Program-made: the position numbers and the translations under genes
Origin: Thermoplasmata archaeon
Lineage (GTDB): Archaea > Thermoplasmatota > Thermoplasmata > RBG-16-68-12 > JAFNFQ01
Length of the DNA stretch: 64,000 nt
NCBI GenBank assembly: GCA_041489255.1
Contig: JBGPQV010000005.1
Span: forward strand, 32,001 to 96,000
Direction of reading: 5' to 3'
Shown here: one piece after another, positions 1-10,000 of the stretch
Layout of the letters: each line of letters opens with the position of its first letter
How positions within the stretch are numbered: the stretch's first letter is position 1
The notes under the pieces: model-generated
Told to the model about the DNA's origin: nothing
Seen by the model: the letters and a program-made list of their open reading frames with translations, nothing else
Databases searched by the model: none

Positions 1-4
1 GAAC

Positions 5-514
5 GTGGAGAAAAGAACGATGGCACGGTGGAGAATCACACGGAGATACGCACGTCGCCGTTCCGTGGGCGTCTTGCTCTCCGCAGTGTTGCTCCTGATT
101 GGATTCGCATTATTCATTTCAGCCCTCGTGACCATTGCTGTCGCAGACAATCAATCCCAAGCGTCGTCTGAATCGGCTCAGGAGAGTCGAGAGAAAGCCG
201 CGTCTCTCGGGATCTGGGGGACGCTAGTTGCCTACATCGGCTCCGTCTTGCTAGTCGTCGCAACGCGTCATCCCGCCCTTCCAAACGAAGAGGCTCTGGA
301 TGTCACTTCGGGTATCAGGATTGAGCATGCTGGCAACCTATTCTTCATCATCATGCTGATCGCGTTGTGCCTGGTCTCCGTACTGGCCGTAATCTTCATT
401 GGGAGAATAGCCATTCCTATCGGACCGACTGGTCTCGTTTTTCTTCTGATTCTCAGGAGAGCCTACGTCGAAGATAGGCGCCGAGAAGCCGTGCGGCGAC
501 AGGACGTGGGATAG
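5..514 (+). CDS. hypothetical membrane protein (about 4 TM)
   Basis: 169-aa ORF with several hydrophobic segments; start may be the ATG at 20. Confidence 0.7.
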   Translation: MEKRTMARWRITRRYARRRSVGVLLSAVLLLIGFALFISALVTIAVADNQSQASSESAQESREKAASLGIWGTLVAYIGSVLLVVATRHPALPNEEALDVTSGIRIEHAGNLFFIIMLIALCLVSVLAVIFIGRIAIPIGPTGLVFLLILRRAYVEDRRREAVRRQDVG

Positions 515-639
515 CTCTCGAGCTTCGGCCAATTTCAAAGATTCCTGAATGGACGAGAACAGTGCTGTTGACTGAAAAGGAAAAGTGACCGCCACTGGGA
601 CGACATCACTATCGGAAAATAGCAGCTGCGTCTCAGCGC

Positions 640-746
640 ACTCGCAAGTCCACCGGTACTCCTTGGCACGTAGATTCGACCTGAAGCTCCCGGTGAGGGA
701 CTACGGCGGCATGAGCGAACACAATGTCATTGCGATCTTCCTCTGA
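640..746 (+). pseudogene. remnant 3' end of a PKD surface-protein paralog
   Basis: 640-710 matches 5233-5303 at 59/71 nt by manual alignment; translates SQVHRYSLARRFDLKLPVRDYGG...stop vs SQVHRYSSTGRYDLKLTVRDDDG. Confidence 0.8.
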
Positions 747-869
747 CTCTTGCTGCGTCCGCTCAGAGCGTTGCGACATCGATGACTGATAGATGACTGC
801 ACCAATATGCTTATAGAAACGGGCCTCCAGTGAGGTCGGAGTACCGACAGAGAGCTGCGAAGAGAGGAG

Positions 870-3800
870 GTGGACTGTGTGACCTCGGAAGTGCGCGGAA
901 AAAGGAGAGCGGCGGGAGTTATTGCGATGTGCACAATGTCAGCCTCGCTACTGGTGCTCGTCCCATCAGGGCTGCAGTCGGTCGACACGCCTTCGTCTGA
1001 TTTGGACGAAGGAATCGACATTGCCGCGCAAATGGGATTGCTTGGGGGCCATTTCATCGAGAATAGAGGACAGGTCGCGGATGGAATCAGATACTACTCG
1101 AGGGGGAATCCCTCGGTTGCGTTCAGAGACGACGGCGTGATGTTCGTGCTGACCGAAGCAGGTGAACAAGGACAGGATGAGTTCACAGGACCTGAGGGGC
1201 CGCCCCATTTCATGCCTCCTGCGTCAGATGAGCGATCAGCAGCGAGGTCTTATGCATATCTGATTCGTTTCGAGGGTTCAAACAAGGTCGCGCCTTTGGG
1301 CGTGGATGAACTCCCGTTCAACAGCAACTTCTTCATCGGAAACGACTCCAGCAAGTGGCTGACCGACGTGTCGAACTTTGGGCATGTCACCTATCGAAAT
1401 CTGTACGACGGCATCGATTTGGTTTATGGCAGGGAGCAGAGAGGCGTCAAGTACGAATTCATCGTCGGACCGGGGGCGGATCCTGAAGTCATCAGGATCA
1501 CCTACGAGGGAATCGACACCCTGAGTCTGATGGAGGGTCGCCTTGTCGCCGATACAAAGCTTGGAGGAGTGACTGACGCTTCACCTTATTCTTATCAGGA
1601 AACTGGACTGCAAGTCAAGTGCCATTTCGTCATGGCAGGCAGGCTCAGCTTCGGCTTTGAGTGCGGCGACTGGGATGCGTCCAAGACGCTTGTGATTGAC
1701 CCTCTCATCTACTCGACGTATCTGGGCGGCAATCAGGGCGAGAGGTTGAGTTCGGCGGCGATGGATTCCGCCAGGAACCTGTACATAACAGGGACGACCT
1801 ATTCGGCTAACTTTCCGACGACACCGGGGGCATTCGACACTATATATGGAGGTGGACAGGGTGACGCCTTCGTGACAAAACTCAACGCCAATGGTAGCAG
1901 CTTGGTGTACTCAACATTTCTCGCGGGGAATCATGATTGTGGATATTGCTGGGATGACGGATTCGGTATCACGGTGGATTCGGACGGGAACGCATACATC
2001 ACTGGCATGACGGCCAACGATGATTTCCCGGTGACCCCGGGCGCTTACGACACCACCTTCAACGATCCGTACGACGATGTCTTTTTGACGAAGCTTAATG
2101 CAACCGGCAATGGCCTGATTTATTCCACTTATATCGGTGGAGGGGGCCATGAATATGGAGAGTCCGTTGCAGTGGATTCAGCAGGAAATGCCTACATTAC
2201 CGGGACATCGGGTCAAGGCTACCCAGTAACTCCCGGCGCACTCTTTACACATGTCAGCCCATATAGTGAAGAAATCTTCGTGACGAAGTTCAACGCATTC
2301 GGAAGCGCGTTAGTCTACTCCGCTCTTTTCGGTGGCAGCTATGCAGATTACGGCATTTCGCTCAGAATAGATACTGAGGGGAATGTCTATCTTGCTGGGA
2401 TGACAAGTTCCTATGATTTCCAGGTCACCCCAGGAGCCTTCGACACACACTATGATGGCGCCTCGAGCGGTTCTGACGCCTACGTGGCAAAGCTGGACGC
2501 AAATGGGAGCAAGTTACTCTACGCCACATTCCTGGGCGGTTATGATTATGAGACACTCGGAGCAATCGCAATCGACTCTGCCGGAAATGCCTTCGTCACC
2601 GGCGCCACCTATTCCAGCGACTTCCCCACGACGGTCGGGGCTTATGACAGAACGTTCGGAGGCCTTTCAGACGCATATGTGTCCAAATTGAACCCCTCAG
2701 GCAGTGGTCTTGTCTACTCGACTCTCATCGGCGCCAATAATTACGACATGGGCTACTCCATAGAATTGGATGCCGAGGGCGATGCTTATGTCACCGGCAT
2801 GGCCTCCTCACCGAACTTCCCTGTGACCCCAAACGCGTTCGACATCAAGATGGGGGGAAACTGCGATGCATTTGTGTCAGAGATTAGTCCCGCAGGGGAT
2901 TCGCTTATCAACTCCACGTTCTTCGGAGGAAGCGACAATGATCACGGCTATGGCATTGTAGTGCCCGATGCGGCGAACGTCTACATCATCGGCGCGACGT
3001 GGTCGGGTGACTTGCCGACAAGTCCGGATGCATTCGACAAGACTTTTGGTGGGGCGGACGTCTGGTATGGCGACGGATTCGCGGCGAAGCTCAGCTTCGG
3101 ACGCAACAACACGCCGCCCGCGATATCATCGTTCACCGCCACTGTTGTCCAAGAAGGATTCCCTGTATTGTTCAGCGTGTCCGCCAACGACGCGCAGGGC
3201 GATATACTCACCTACGACTTCGACTTCGAATCTGACGGCACAATCGACGTTACCGGTCCCAACAATACGGCAACCCACACATGGGGAGATGACTTCGCGG
3301 GCATGGCGACAGTGAAGGTGAGCGACGGGACGGGCAGCGTCGAGGCGACCACTGATGTCAAGGTCCTCAACATCCTGCCCTCGGGCTCCGCAACCATATC
3401 CTCGGCGCAGCACGAAGGCAACACGATCCAGTTATCGGCTCATGTCGCCGACCCCGGCAGCGACGACCTCTTCCTAACATGGCACTGGGGAGACGGCACG
3501 CCTGACAGCACCTCCACATACTACAACAACGGGGTCAGCCCTGACCCGTACCCGAGCACCGACATCCACCCGAGGGACATCACCGACACCAAGAGCCATA
3601 CCTACGGCGACAACGGAGCTTTCACGGTCACAGTTTTCATCCAGGACGACGACAGCGGAAACAACGGAACGACACTCAAGATCACCGCCACGCCTGACAA
3701 CCTCCCTCCATCGGTCTCGGTCTCCGGCGGGATGAATATCGACGAAGGGCAGTCAGTCTCGCTCACCGCCACTGCCACGGATCCGGGGAGCGATGACTTG

Positions 3801-5345
3801 AAGTTCGATTGGTCCTGGGGAGAAGGTTCGTCCGACTCGAAGACCTACTACAATGACGGAATCGGACCGGACCCGCCGAACAGCCCAGGAGGGACCTGGC
3901 CCTTTGCCGCCACAGATGCTGCCGCGCATGCTTATGGAGACAATGGCATCTACGCGGTTTCGCTGAAAGTCACTGACGACGATGGCGGCTCCATCACTTG
4001 GGCGGGCCAGCTCGCGGTTGCCAACCTCCCGCCAACGATCGCACCGTTCGGACCTTTCACGGTCTGCGAGGGGGATTTGTTGGCGATGAACACGACCGCA
4101 ACGGATCCGGGAAGCGACGACCTCGTGTTCTCCAGGACCTTCGAGCTCGGTCCGACGCTCGACGATATCCATTACAACAACGGGATTGGCCCGGACCCGC
4201 CACAGAGCCCTGGAGGCGCATACCCGTTCACTGCGTCCGATTCAGCGGAGCACACCTACGGCGACAACGGAGTCTACGTTGTCACCCTGACAGTGACAGA
4301 CGATGATGGCGGCTCAGCTTCTTACTCCACAGAAGTGAACGTGACGAACCTCCCGCCATCGATCACTCCATTCGGTCCGTTCGAGGTGAACGAGGCAGAC
4401 CCGCTCACTGTGGCGACTGGTACAACGGACCCCGGAAGCGACGACCTGACGTTCACATGGACCTTCGAGTACGGACCGACGATGCAGGACGTCTTCTACA
4501 ACGACGGCATCGGTCCTGACCCGCCGAAGAGCCCCGAGGGCGTCTTCCCGTTCAGCGCTGCCGACACTACCTCTCACACGTATGGCGACAACGGAGTGTT
4601 CAAGATCGTTCTGGCAGTCCAGGACGACGATGGCGGTTTCGCCACGTACGAGACGCTCGTGACAGTCTTCAATATCGCGCCGGTCATCGACGGAGTGCAG
4701 GCGTACGTGATTGCGAACCTCACCCTCCGCGTGGCGGGGGAGAAGTGGCACGACGTCTGCATGGACCTCGTGCACAACGGCAACATCGAAGACTATGCTT
4801 GCGTCATCCGCTATCCCGGCTCGCCCGACGACCAGTCCAAGACGATCACCGGCAGGATCCATCTCCTCGGGGACTTCAAGATAGTCCTCTACTATACGCC
4901 GGATGACGACCCCGTGAACGGTCAGCCGAACGGCGCCAACCCCGCGTGGGTGACCATCGCCTTCCCGGATGGTCTCGAGGTTCGCCTACACCATACGTTC
5001 AACGTCCGGCACGACGACACGTGGGTCTGGACGATCGCTTACTTCAGTGCGTACCTTGTCGGCCAGAGCATCACTTTCAATGCGACCGCGAGCGACGTCG
5101 GCAGCGACGACCTCACTTTCACCTGGGACTGGGGAGACGGGACTCCAGCCACCGCCACGACCTACTTCAGTGACGGAACAGCACCTGACCCTTACCCCAG
5201 TCCTGGCGGCACATTCCCGTTCACCGCAATGGACTCGCAGGTCCACCGGTACTCCTCGACGGGAAGATACGACCTGAAACTCACGGTGAGGGACGACGAT
5301 GGCGATGAATGCGCGGCTCTCGTCGTCATCGTGATCGATGGCTAG
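870..5345 (+). CDS. secreted SBBP (beta-propeller repeat) + PKD-domain surface protein
   Basis: N-terminal hydrophobic segment; FIENRGQ and IDPLIYSTYLGG motifs; repeated VDSxGNAYITGxT-S-DFP-TPGAFD; C-terminal PKD repeats. Confidence 0.9.
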   Translation: MDCVTSEVRGKRRAAGVIAMCTMSASLLVLVPSGLQSVDTPSSDLDEGIDIAAQMGLLGGHFIENRGQVADGIRYYSRGNPSVAFRDDGVMFVLTEAGEQGQDEFTGPEGPPHFMPPASDERSAARSYAYLIRFEGSNKVAPLGVDELPFNSNFFIGNDSSKWLTDVSNFGHVTYRNLYDGIDLVYGREQRGVKYEFIVGPGADPEVIRITYEGIDTLSLMEGRLVADTKLGGVTDASPYSYQETGLQVKCHFVMAGRLSFGFECGDWDASKTLVIDPLIYSTYLGGNQGERLSSAAMDSARNLYITGTTYSANFPTTPGAFDTIYGGGQGDAFVTKLNANGSSLVYSTFLAGNHDCGYCWDDGFGITVDSDGNAYITGMTANDDFPVTPGAYDTTFNDPYDDVFLTKLNATGNGLIYSTYIGGGGHEYGESVAVDSAGNAYITGTSGQGYPVTPGALFTHVSPYSEEIFVTKFNAFGSALVYSALFGGSYADYGISLRIDTEGNVYLAGMTSSYDFQVTPGAFDTHYDGASSGSDAYVAKLDANGSKLLYATFLGGYDYETLGAIAIDSAGNAFVTGATYSSDFPTTVGAYDRTFGGLSDAYVSKLNPSGSGLVYSTLIGANNYDMGYSIELDAEGDAYVTGMASSPNFPVTPNAFDIKMGGNCDAFVSEISPAGDSLINSTFFGGSDNDHGYGIVVPDAANVYIIGATWSGDLPTSPDAFDKTFGGADVWYGDGFAAKLSFGRNNTPPAISSFTATVVQEGFPVLFSVSANDAQGDILTYDFDFESDGTIDVTGPNNTATHTWGDDFAGMATVKVSDGTGSVEATTDVKVLNILPSGSATISSAQHEGNTIQLSAHVADPGSDDLFLTWHWGDGTPDSTSTYYNNGVSPDPYPSTDIHPRDITDTKSHTYGDNGAFTVTVFIQDDDSGNNGTTLKITATPDNLPPSVSVSGGMNIDEGQSVSLTATATDPGSDDLKFDWSWGEGSSDSKTYYNDGIGPDPPNSPGGTWPFAATDAAAHAYGDNGIYAVSLKVTDDDGGSITWAGQLAVANLPPTIAPFGPFTVCEGDLLAMNTTATDPGSDDLVFSRTFELGPTLDDIHYNNGIGPDPPQSPGGAYPFTASDSAEHTYGDNGVYVVTLTVTDDDGGSASYSTEVNVTNLPPSITPFGPFEVNEADPLTVATGTTDPGSDDLTFTWTFEYGPTMQDVFYNDGIGPDPPKSPEGVFPFSAADTTSHTYGDNGVFKIVLAVQDDDGGFATYETLVTVFNIAPVIDGVQAYVIANLTLRVAGEKWHDVCMDLVHNGNIEDYACVIRYPGSPDDQSKTITGRIHLLGDFKIVLYYTPDDDPVNGQPNGANPAWVTIAFPDGLEVRLHHTFNVRHDDTWVWTIAYFSAYLVGQSITFNATASDVGSDDLTFTWDWGDGTPATATTYFSDGTAPDPYPSPGGTFPFTAMDSQVHRYSSTGRYDLKLTVRDDDGDECAALVVIVIDG
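3445..5305 (+). repeat. five ~108-aa PKD-like intragenic repeats
   Basis: DPGSDDLxFxW...YNxGxxPDPxxSP...HTYGDNG...VxDDDGG recurs near 3450, 3780, 4105, 4430 and 5095. Confidence 0.85.
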
Positions 5346-5393
5346 GGCTGACACCGAGAGAGGAACCGGGTTAGTTTCGAGGTTCGCGGGCCC

Positions 5394-5465
5394 GATTCGA
5401 ATCTCGCATCATTTATTGCGAAATTCGCAACTTGTCAAAAAGTCACTCCAAGTTCATAATATACC
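5394..5465 (+). promoter_or_regulatory. two palindromes (GATTCGAATC; TTGCGAA-A-TTCGCAA) upstream of a TATA-like element
   Basis: Perfect inverted repeats at 5394-5403 and 5416-5430; AT-rich ATAATATAC near 5457; upstream of the wHTH regulator. Confidence 0.45.
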
Positions 5466-5550
5466 TCTTAGTCACTTTCCGTCGCTGGGGCGAAGGAATC
5501 TGAACCGTAATGGCTTCACGGGAAGATACTGGAGAGGAACGACAATTGGA

Positions 5551-7089
5551 GTGCGTCGTCACAGCTCCTGCATCCTGCTGCTGATTCTCCTTCTCACCAT
5601 GACGTTATTGCCATGTCTTCCCCCGGCAGCAGCCGCGCCCGTCTACGAGAGCCGCCAGATCGCCCTCGGCCCGGGCCCCATAGGTGCCTGGGACCAAGCC
5701 GGCGTCATGCAGCCCACCGTGCTGCTGAGCGGCGGTCTTCACAAGATGTGGTACACGGGTACCGACGGTCTCACGACCGGCATAGGCTACGCGGTCTCCG
5801 GCGATGGCCGCCAATGGAACAGAGTCCTCACCGACCCTGTCACGATCGCTGGTCCCGGCTGGACTGGCGTGACGAAGCATCCGAGCGTGCTGCCTTGGGG
5901 GACCACGGGATACCAGATGTGGTTCTCGCGGGACATCACTGGCGGGGCGATCGGCCATGCGACGACCGCCGACGGCATCTCATGGGGAAACGCGAACACC
6001 GTGATGCAGGCCGACGTTTCAATTCCTTGGGAGAAGGGCGGGATCGGCGAACCAACGGTCCTCCGCGACCCGTCGGGCTTCTGGATGTGGTACGTCGGCG
6101 TTGACGCTTCCGGCGGGAACGCGTCCATCGGTCTGGCAACGTCTGCGGACGGTATCAACTGGAACAAGGCAGTCTCCAACCCGATCCTGCGTCCGGTGGC
6201 GGGAGATTGGCACTCTGCGGGCATCCGGAGCCCCGCCGCTGTCATCCTGAGCGACGGCACCTTCGTCCTGTGGTTCAACGGTACCGATGGCCAGTCGAGC
6301 CGGATAGGCCGCATGACATCCAAGGACGGGGTGAGCTGGAGCGCGCCGGAACTGGTCTTGGACTTGGGCGAGGCAGGCACGGCGGACGGCATCCAGGTCG
6401 GGGATCCCGCGCCTTCGTCGAACGACATGGATACCTTGTGGTACGCGGGCTTCGACGGCGTGACGTGGAGGATTCTCCTGGCGGTTCCTCAACGATTCGC
6501 CACGCCACCCTCGATTGTGACGAGTCCGAACGCGGCGGCAGCGTTCACGATGGGCGTCACTCTGGTCGCGGTCGGGGCTTTCATATCATCGGAGCGGTTC
6601 AAGTACGCTTTCTTCGCGATCCCCCTCGCTTTCAGATCACGCAGAGAGAAGAACCTCGACCCCTTCGTCCGCGGCCAGATTTACCAGTATATCAGGGAGA
6701 ACCCGGGCGACTATTACACCTCGATTATGCACGCCACAGGAGCGACGAACGGGAATCTCGCCCACCACCTGCACATGCTCGAAAAAGAGGAGTATATTGT
6801 ACATAAGGAGGATGGCCGCCTAGTCCGCTTCTATCCCAAGTGCACGCCCGTGCCTAGAGGGGACGGGATCCGCTACAGCGCCCTCCAAGTCCGCCTCCTC
6901 GAGGAGATCACGAAAGTGCCCGGCATCAACCAGACCGAACTGGCTAAGATGCTGGCTTTGAAGAAGCAGACGGTGGCATACAATGTCTGGGTTCTGGCGG
7001 ATAACGGCGTCATAGAGGTCAGGACGATAGGCAACAAGACCCACCTGCATATCGCAAAGGAGCCCGTCGGCCAGGAGGTCCCCGAATGA
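5551..7089 (+). CDS. membrane-anchored transcriptional regulator: extracellular 5-bladed GH32/43/130-like propeller + TM + tandem winged-helix domains
   Basis: Signal peptide after GTG 5551 (ORF track start 5338); five (M/L)W(Y/F) blades; TM helix; RGQIYQYIRENPG...GNLAHHLHMLEKE and PGINQTELAKML HTH motifs. Confidence 0.85.
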   Translation: MRRHSSCILLLILLLTMTLLPCLPPAAAAPVYESRQIALGPGPIGAWDQAGVMQPTVLLSGGLHKMWYTGTDGLTTGIGYAVSGDGRQWNRVLTDPVTIAGPGWTGVTKHPSVLPWGTTGYQMWFSRDITGGAIGHATTADGISWGNANTVMQADVSIPWEKGGIGEPTVLRDPSGFWMWYVGVDASGGNASIGLATSADGINWNKAVSNPILRPVAGDWHSAGIRSPAAVILSDGTFVLWFNGTDGQSSRIGRMTSKDGVSWSAPELVLDLGEAGTADGIQVGDPAPSSNDMDTLWYAGFDGVTWRILLAVPQRFATPPSIVTSPNAAAAFTMGVTLVAVGAFISSERFKYAFFAIPLAFRSRREKNLDPFVRGQIYQYIRENPGDYYTSIMHATGATNGNLAHHLHMLEKEEYIVHKEDGRLVRFYPKCTPVPRGDGIRYSALQVRLLEEITKVPGINQTELAKMLALKKQTVAYNVWVLADNGVIEVRTIGNKTHLHIAKEPVGQEVPE

Positions 7090-10000
7090 GCGTTGTCCAT
7101 GACGGGGTCGGCCCCGTTCGTCGGCTCCTGATTCTGTTCGCCGCGTCGACTCTGATGCTCTCGTCCGCGATTCTATCATCGTCCTTGGTTGCGGTCGCGC
7201 AGGGCGGCACTTGGGTGCAGTCGACGCGGCAGGACTTCGCGAACGGCACCGGATGGAACATCGACTTGGACTCGGACCCCGGCAACGTCACCCTGCAAGC
7301 TTCCACCACTACATGGATCGAGTCGCAGTTCAACCCGGGCCTGAGGCCGGGCCCCTCCGGTTCCTGGGACGACTCGGAGTTCATGAGCCCGACCGTCCTC
7401 AAGGAAGACGGCGTCTACAAGATGTGGTACGCGGGGGACGACTCCGGCTCGGGGACATACAGGATCGGCTATGCGGTTTCGAGCGACGGGGTCAACTGGA
7501 CCAAGCCGAAGCTCGGGCTCGTCGACTATGGCGGGAGCCTGAACAACAACATCGTGCTCGGCCTCAACTCGTCGCTTCCCTATGAGAACGCCTCGCTCGT
7601 GCCGGGCACGATAATACACGGGCCTGCGAAGTACCAGATGTGGTACTCGTGCAGGGGCACGAAGTGGGCCATATGCTATGCGGAATCGGGCGACGGTTTG
7701 AGGTGGTACCGGTACTTCGCGAACCCGGTCATCAAGCCGGGCGCGATCGTGGCGGGGCTATCATCGCCCGCGGTCGCCCCAAGCGGCTCAGGGTTCAGCA
7801 TGTGGTTCGCCGAGCTGAACTCCCTGGGGCACTATCACATGAGGCACGCGGTGTCTTTCACAGGTGATGCGTGGAGTCAGGATGTTCCACTCAGACCGGT
7901 CGGCCTGGGAGAATCCGGCGGGTGGTTCGATGGCGGGACCCTGCCAGGGACGGTTCAGCGCCTCTCGGGCGTCTGGCAGATGTGGTACGCCGGTCTCCAC
8001 GGCTCCGTGCAGTCGATCGGCTTCTCGAACTCCACGGACGGCTCGACTTGGGTCGAGGCCCCGCTGAACCCGATACAGGGATTTGGATTGCCAGGCTCGT
8101 GGGATTCGGCGAGCCTGTCGCGACCCTCGGTCATCCTGGACGGAAGGCGGTACAGGATGTGGTTCGCCGGCTTCGACGGGACCAGATGGGCCATCGGGAC
8201 TGCATCGTCCGCGCTGGGAGAACGGCCCGTCCCGCCGAAGACGAACCCCGCCATCCCGCTCGGGGACCTGGAGAGCTGGGACAGCGGCGGGATGTTCCGC
8301 CCCTCAGTGCTGTACAAGGACGGGGTCTACCACATGTGGTACACGGGGTCCTCGAGCGCAGACGGTTCCACGGGGTTCTCGATCGGCTACGCTAGATCGA
8401 GCGATGGCGTGAGCTGGGAGAAACCCTCACGCAACCCGGTGCTGAAGAAAAGCGCGTCAGGCTGGGACGGCTCCTGGGTCGGGTTCGCCTGGGTCGTCTG
8501 GGACGATTCGTCCGGTGGATTCAGAATGTGGTACACCGGCAGCGACGGGTCGTCCATCAGGATAGGTCTGGCCTCGTCCTCCGATGGGATGTCGTGGCAG
8601 AAGAACATCTCCAACCCCGCCGCGTTCGTCGGCAACCTCTCGTGGCTGAATCCCTCGGACATCAGATGCCCGTGGGTCGGATATGAGCCGGACAGATACG
8701 TGATGTTCGCGGGCACGAGGACCGCGACTAACGTTTCCCTCGCAAGATTCTCATCATGGGATGGCGGGCAGACGTGGGGAAGCGATGACCAACCGTTCCT
8801 GACGCCTGTCCCAGGAACGTGGGCAGATTCCAGTGTCAGCTGCCCGACTCTGTACAAGAACGAGACGGGCCAGTCTCGGGAAATGTGGTTCGAGGGATCT
8901 TCCGGCATGGACATCCTCGGGCGCGGAGGCATCGGCCACCTCGTCAGCGACGATTCCGGGAAGACTTACGGGCTTGACGCGAGGAATCCGGTGCTCTCGG
9001 CATCGCGGTCATGGGATTCGGCTGGAATCGGCGGGCCCGCGGTCGTCGGCGACGGTTCCTCATACCGCATGTGGTTCCACGGGGGCGATGGCGGGCTCAC
9101 CAGAATCGGATCGGCAGTCTCATCAGATGGGCAGGGATGGCATGAGATGTTCGTCCTCCCGCCGCTGTACTCATCCAGAGGCGCGACTGGCGTGTCCGCG
9201 CCCACGGTATTTGATGACGCGGGCTCACTCTCCATGTATTTGGCTGAGAACTACAGTGGTATGTGGCAGATCCGTGCCGCGAGCTACTCCGAGGCGATGG
9301 AGAGATGGTTCTATTCTCCGGTCATCATCTCTGGCTCCGGGAGTTGGGACTCAGGTGGCAGAAAACCTCTCGCTGCGATCAAGGACGGGTCAACGTTCAA
9401 GCTATGGTATGCAGGGCTCGATGCATCGGGGCGCTGGTCCATCGGCCTCGCGGATTCACAGTTGATTGGCGATTTGCAGGCTTATCCGGGAAATCCCATA
9501 TTTACTCCCGGTCCTCCACTGTCATGGGACAGCGAGGGCATCGACGGGGCCAGCGTCGTCCACCCCGGCCTCAGCCACGAATATGAGATGTGGTATTCGG
9601 GGTTCGACGGCGTGACCTGGCGGATAGGCTACGCGTTCTCGAGCGATGGGAAGGTGTGGACGAAACCATTGGGCTATCCCATCCTCTATCCTTCATCGGG
9701 CGTTTCATGGGACTGTGCCGGTGTCTCGAGCCCCAGGGTCATCATCGAGGGCGGGCTTTACCACATGTTCTACTCCGGATACGACGGAAGCGTCTGGTCT
9801 CTCGGTCACGCGTTCTCCGAGAACGGGTTCAGCTGGGTGAGGAGCAAGTACAATCCAATTCTGGGCGGCGAGTCATCCGCGGAGGATCCAGCGAACGTGC
9901 GGGATTCCTCTGTGCTGAGGGCGGACTCTGGTTATGAAATCTGGTTCTCCGACTCAGTACGGGAGAACAGCGCCATCGGCTACGCCCAGAGCCAGTCCCT

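Noticed and set aside
3445-5305. Repeats as a CRISPR array or DGR template/variable pair
   Set aside because: They are in-frame protein repeats with synonymous divergence; no spacers, reverse transcriptase or cas genes
5338-5550. Long N-terminal extensions in the ORF track (also 38313-38414, 60292-60624, 33456-33563, 55036-55173)
   Set aside because: They overlap promoters or neighbouring genes; downstream starts fit family N-termini and translational coupling
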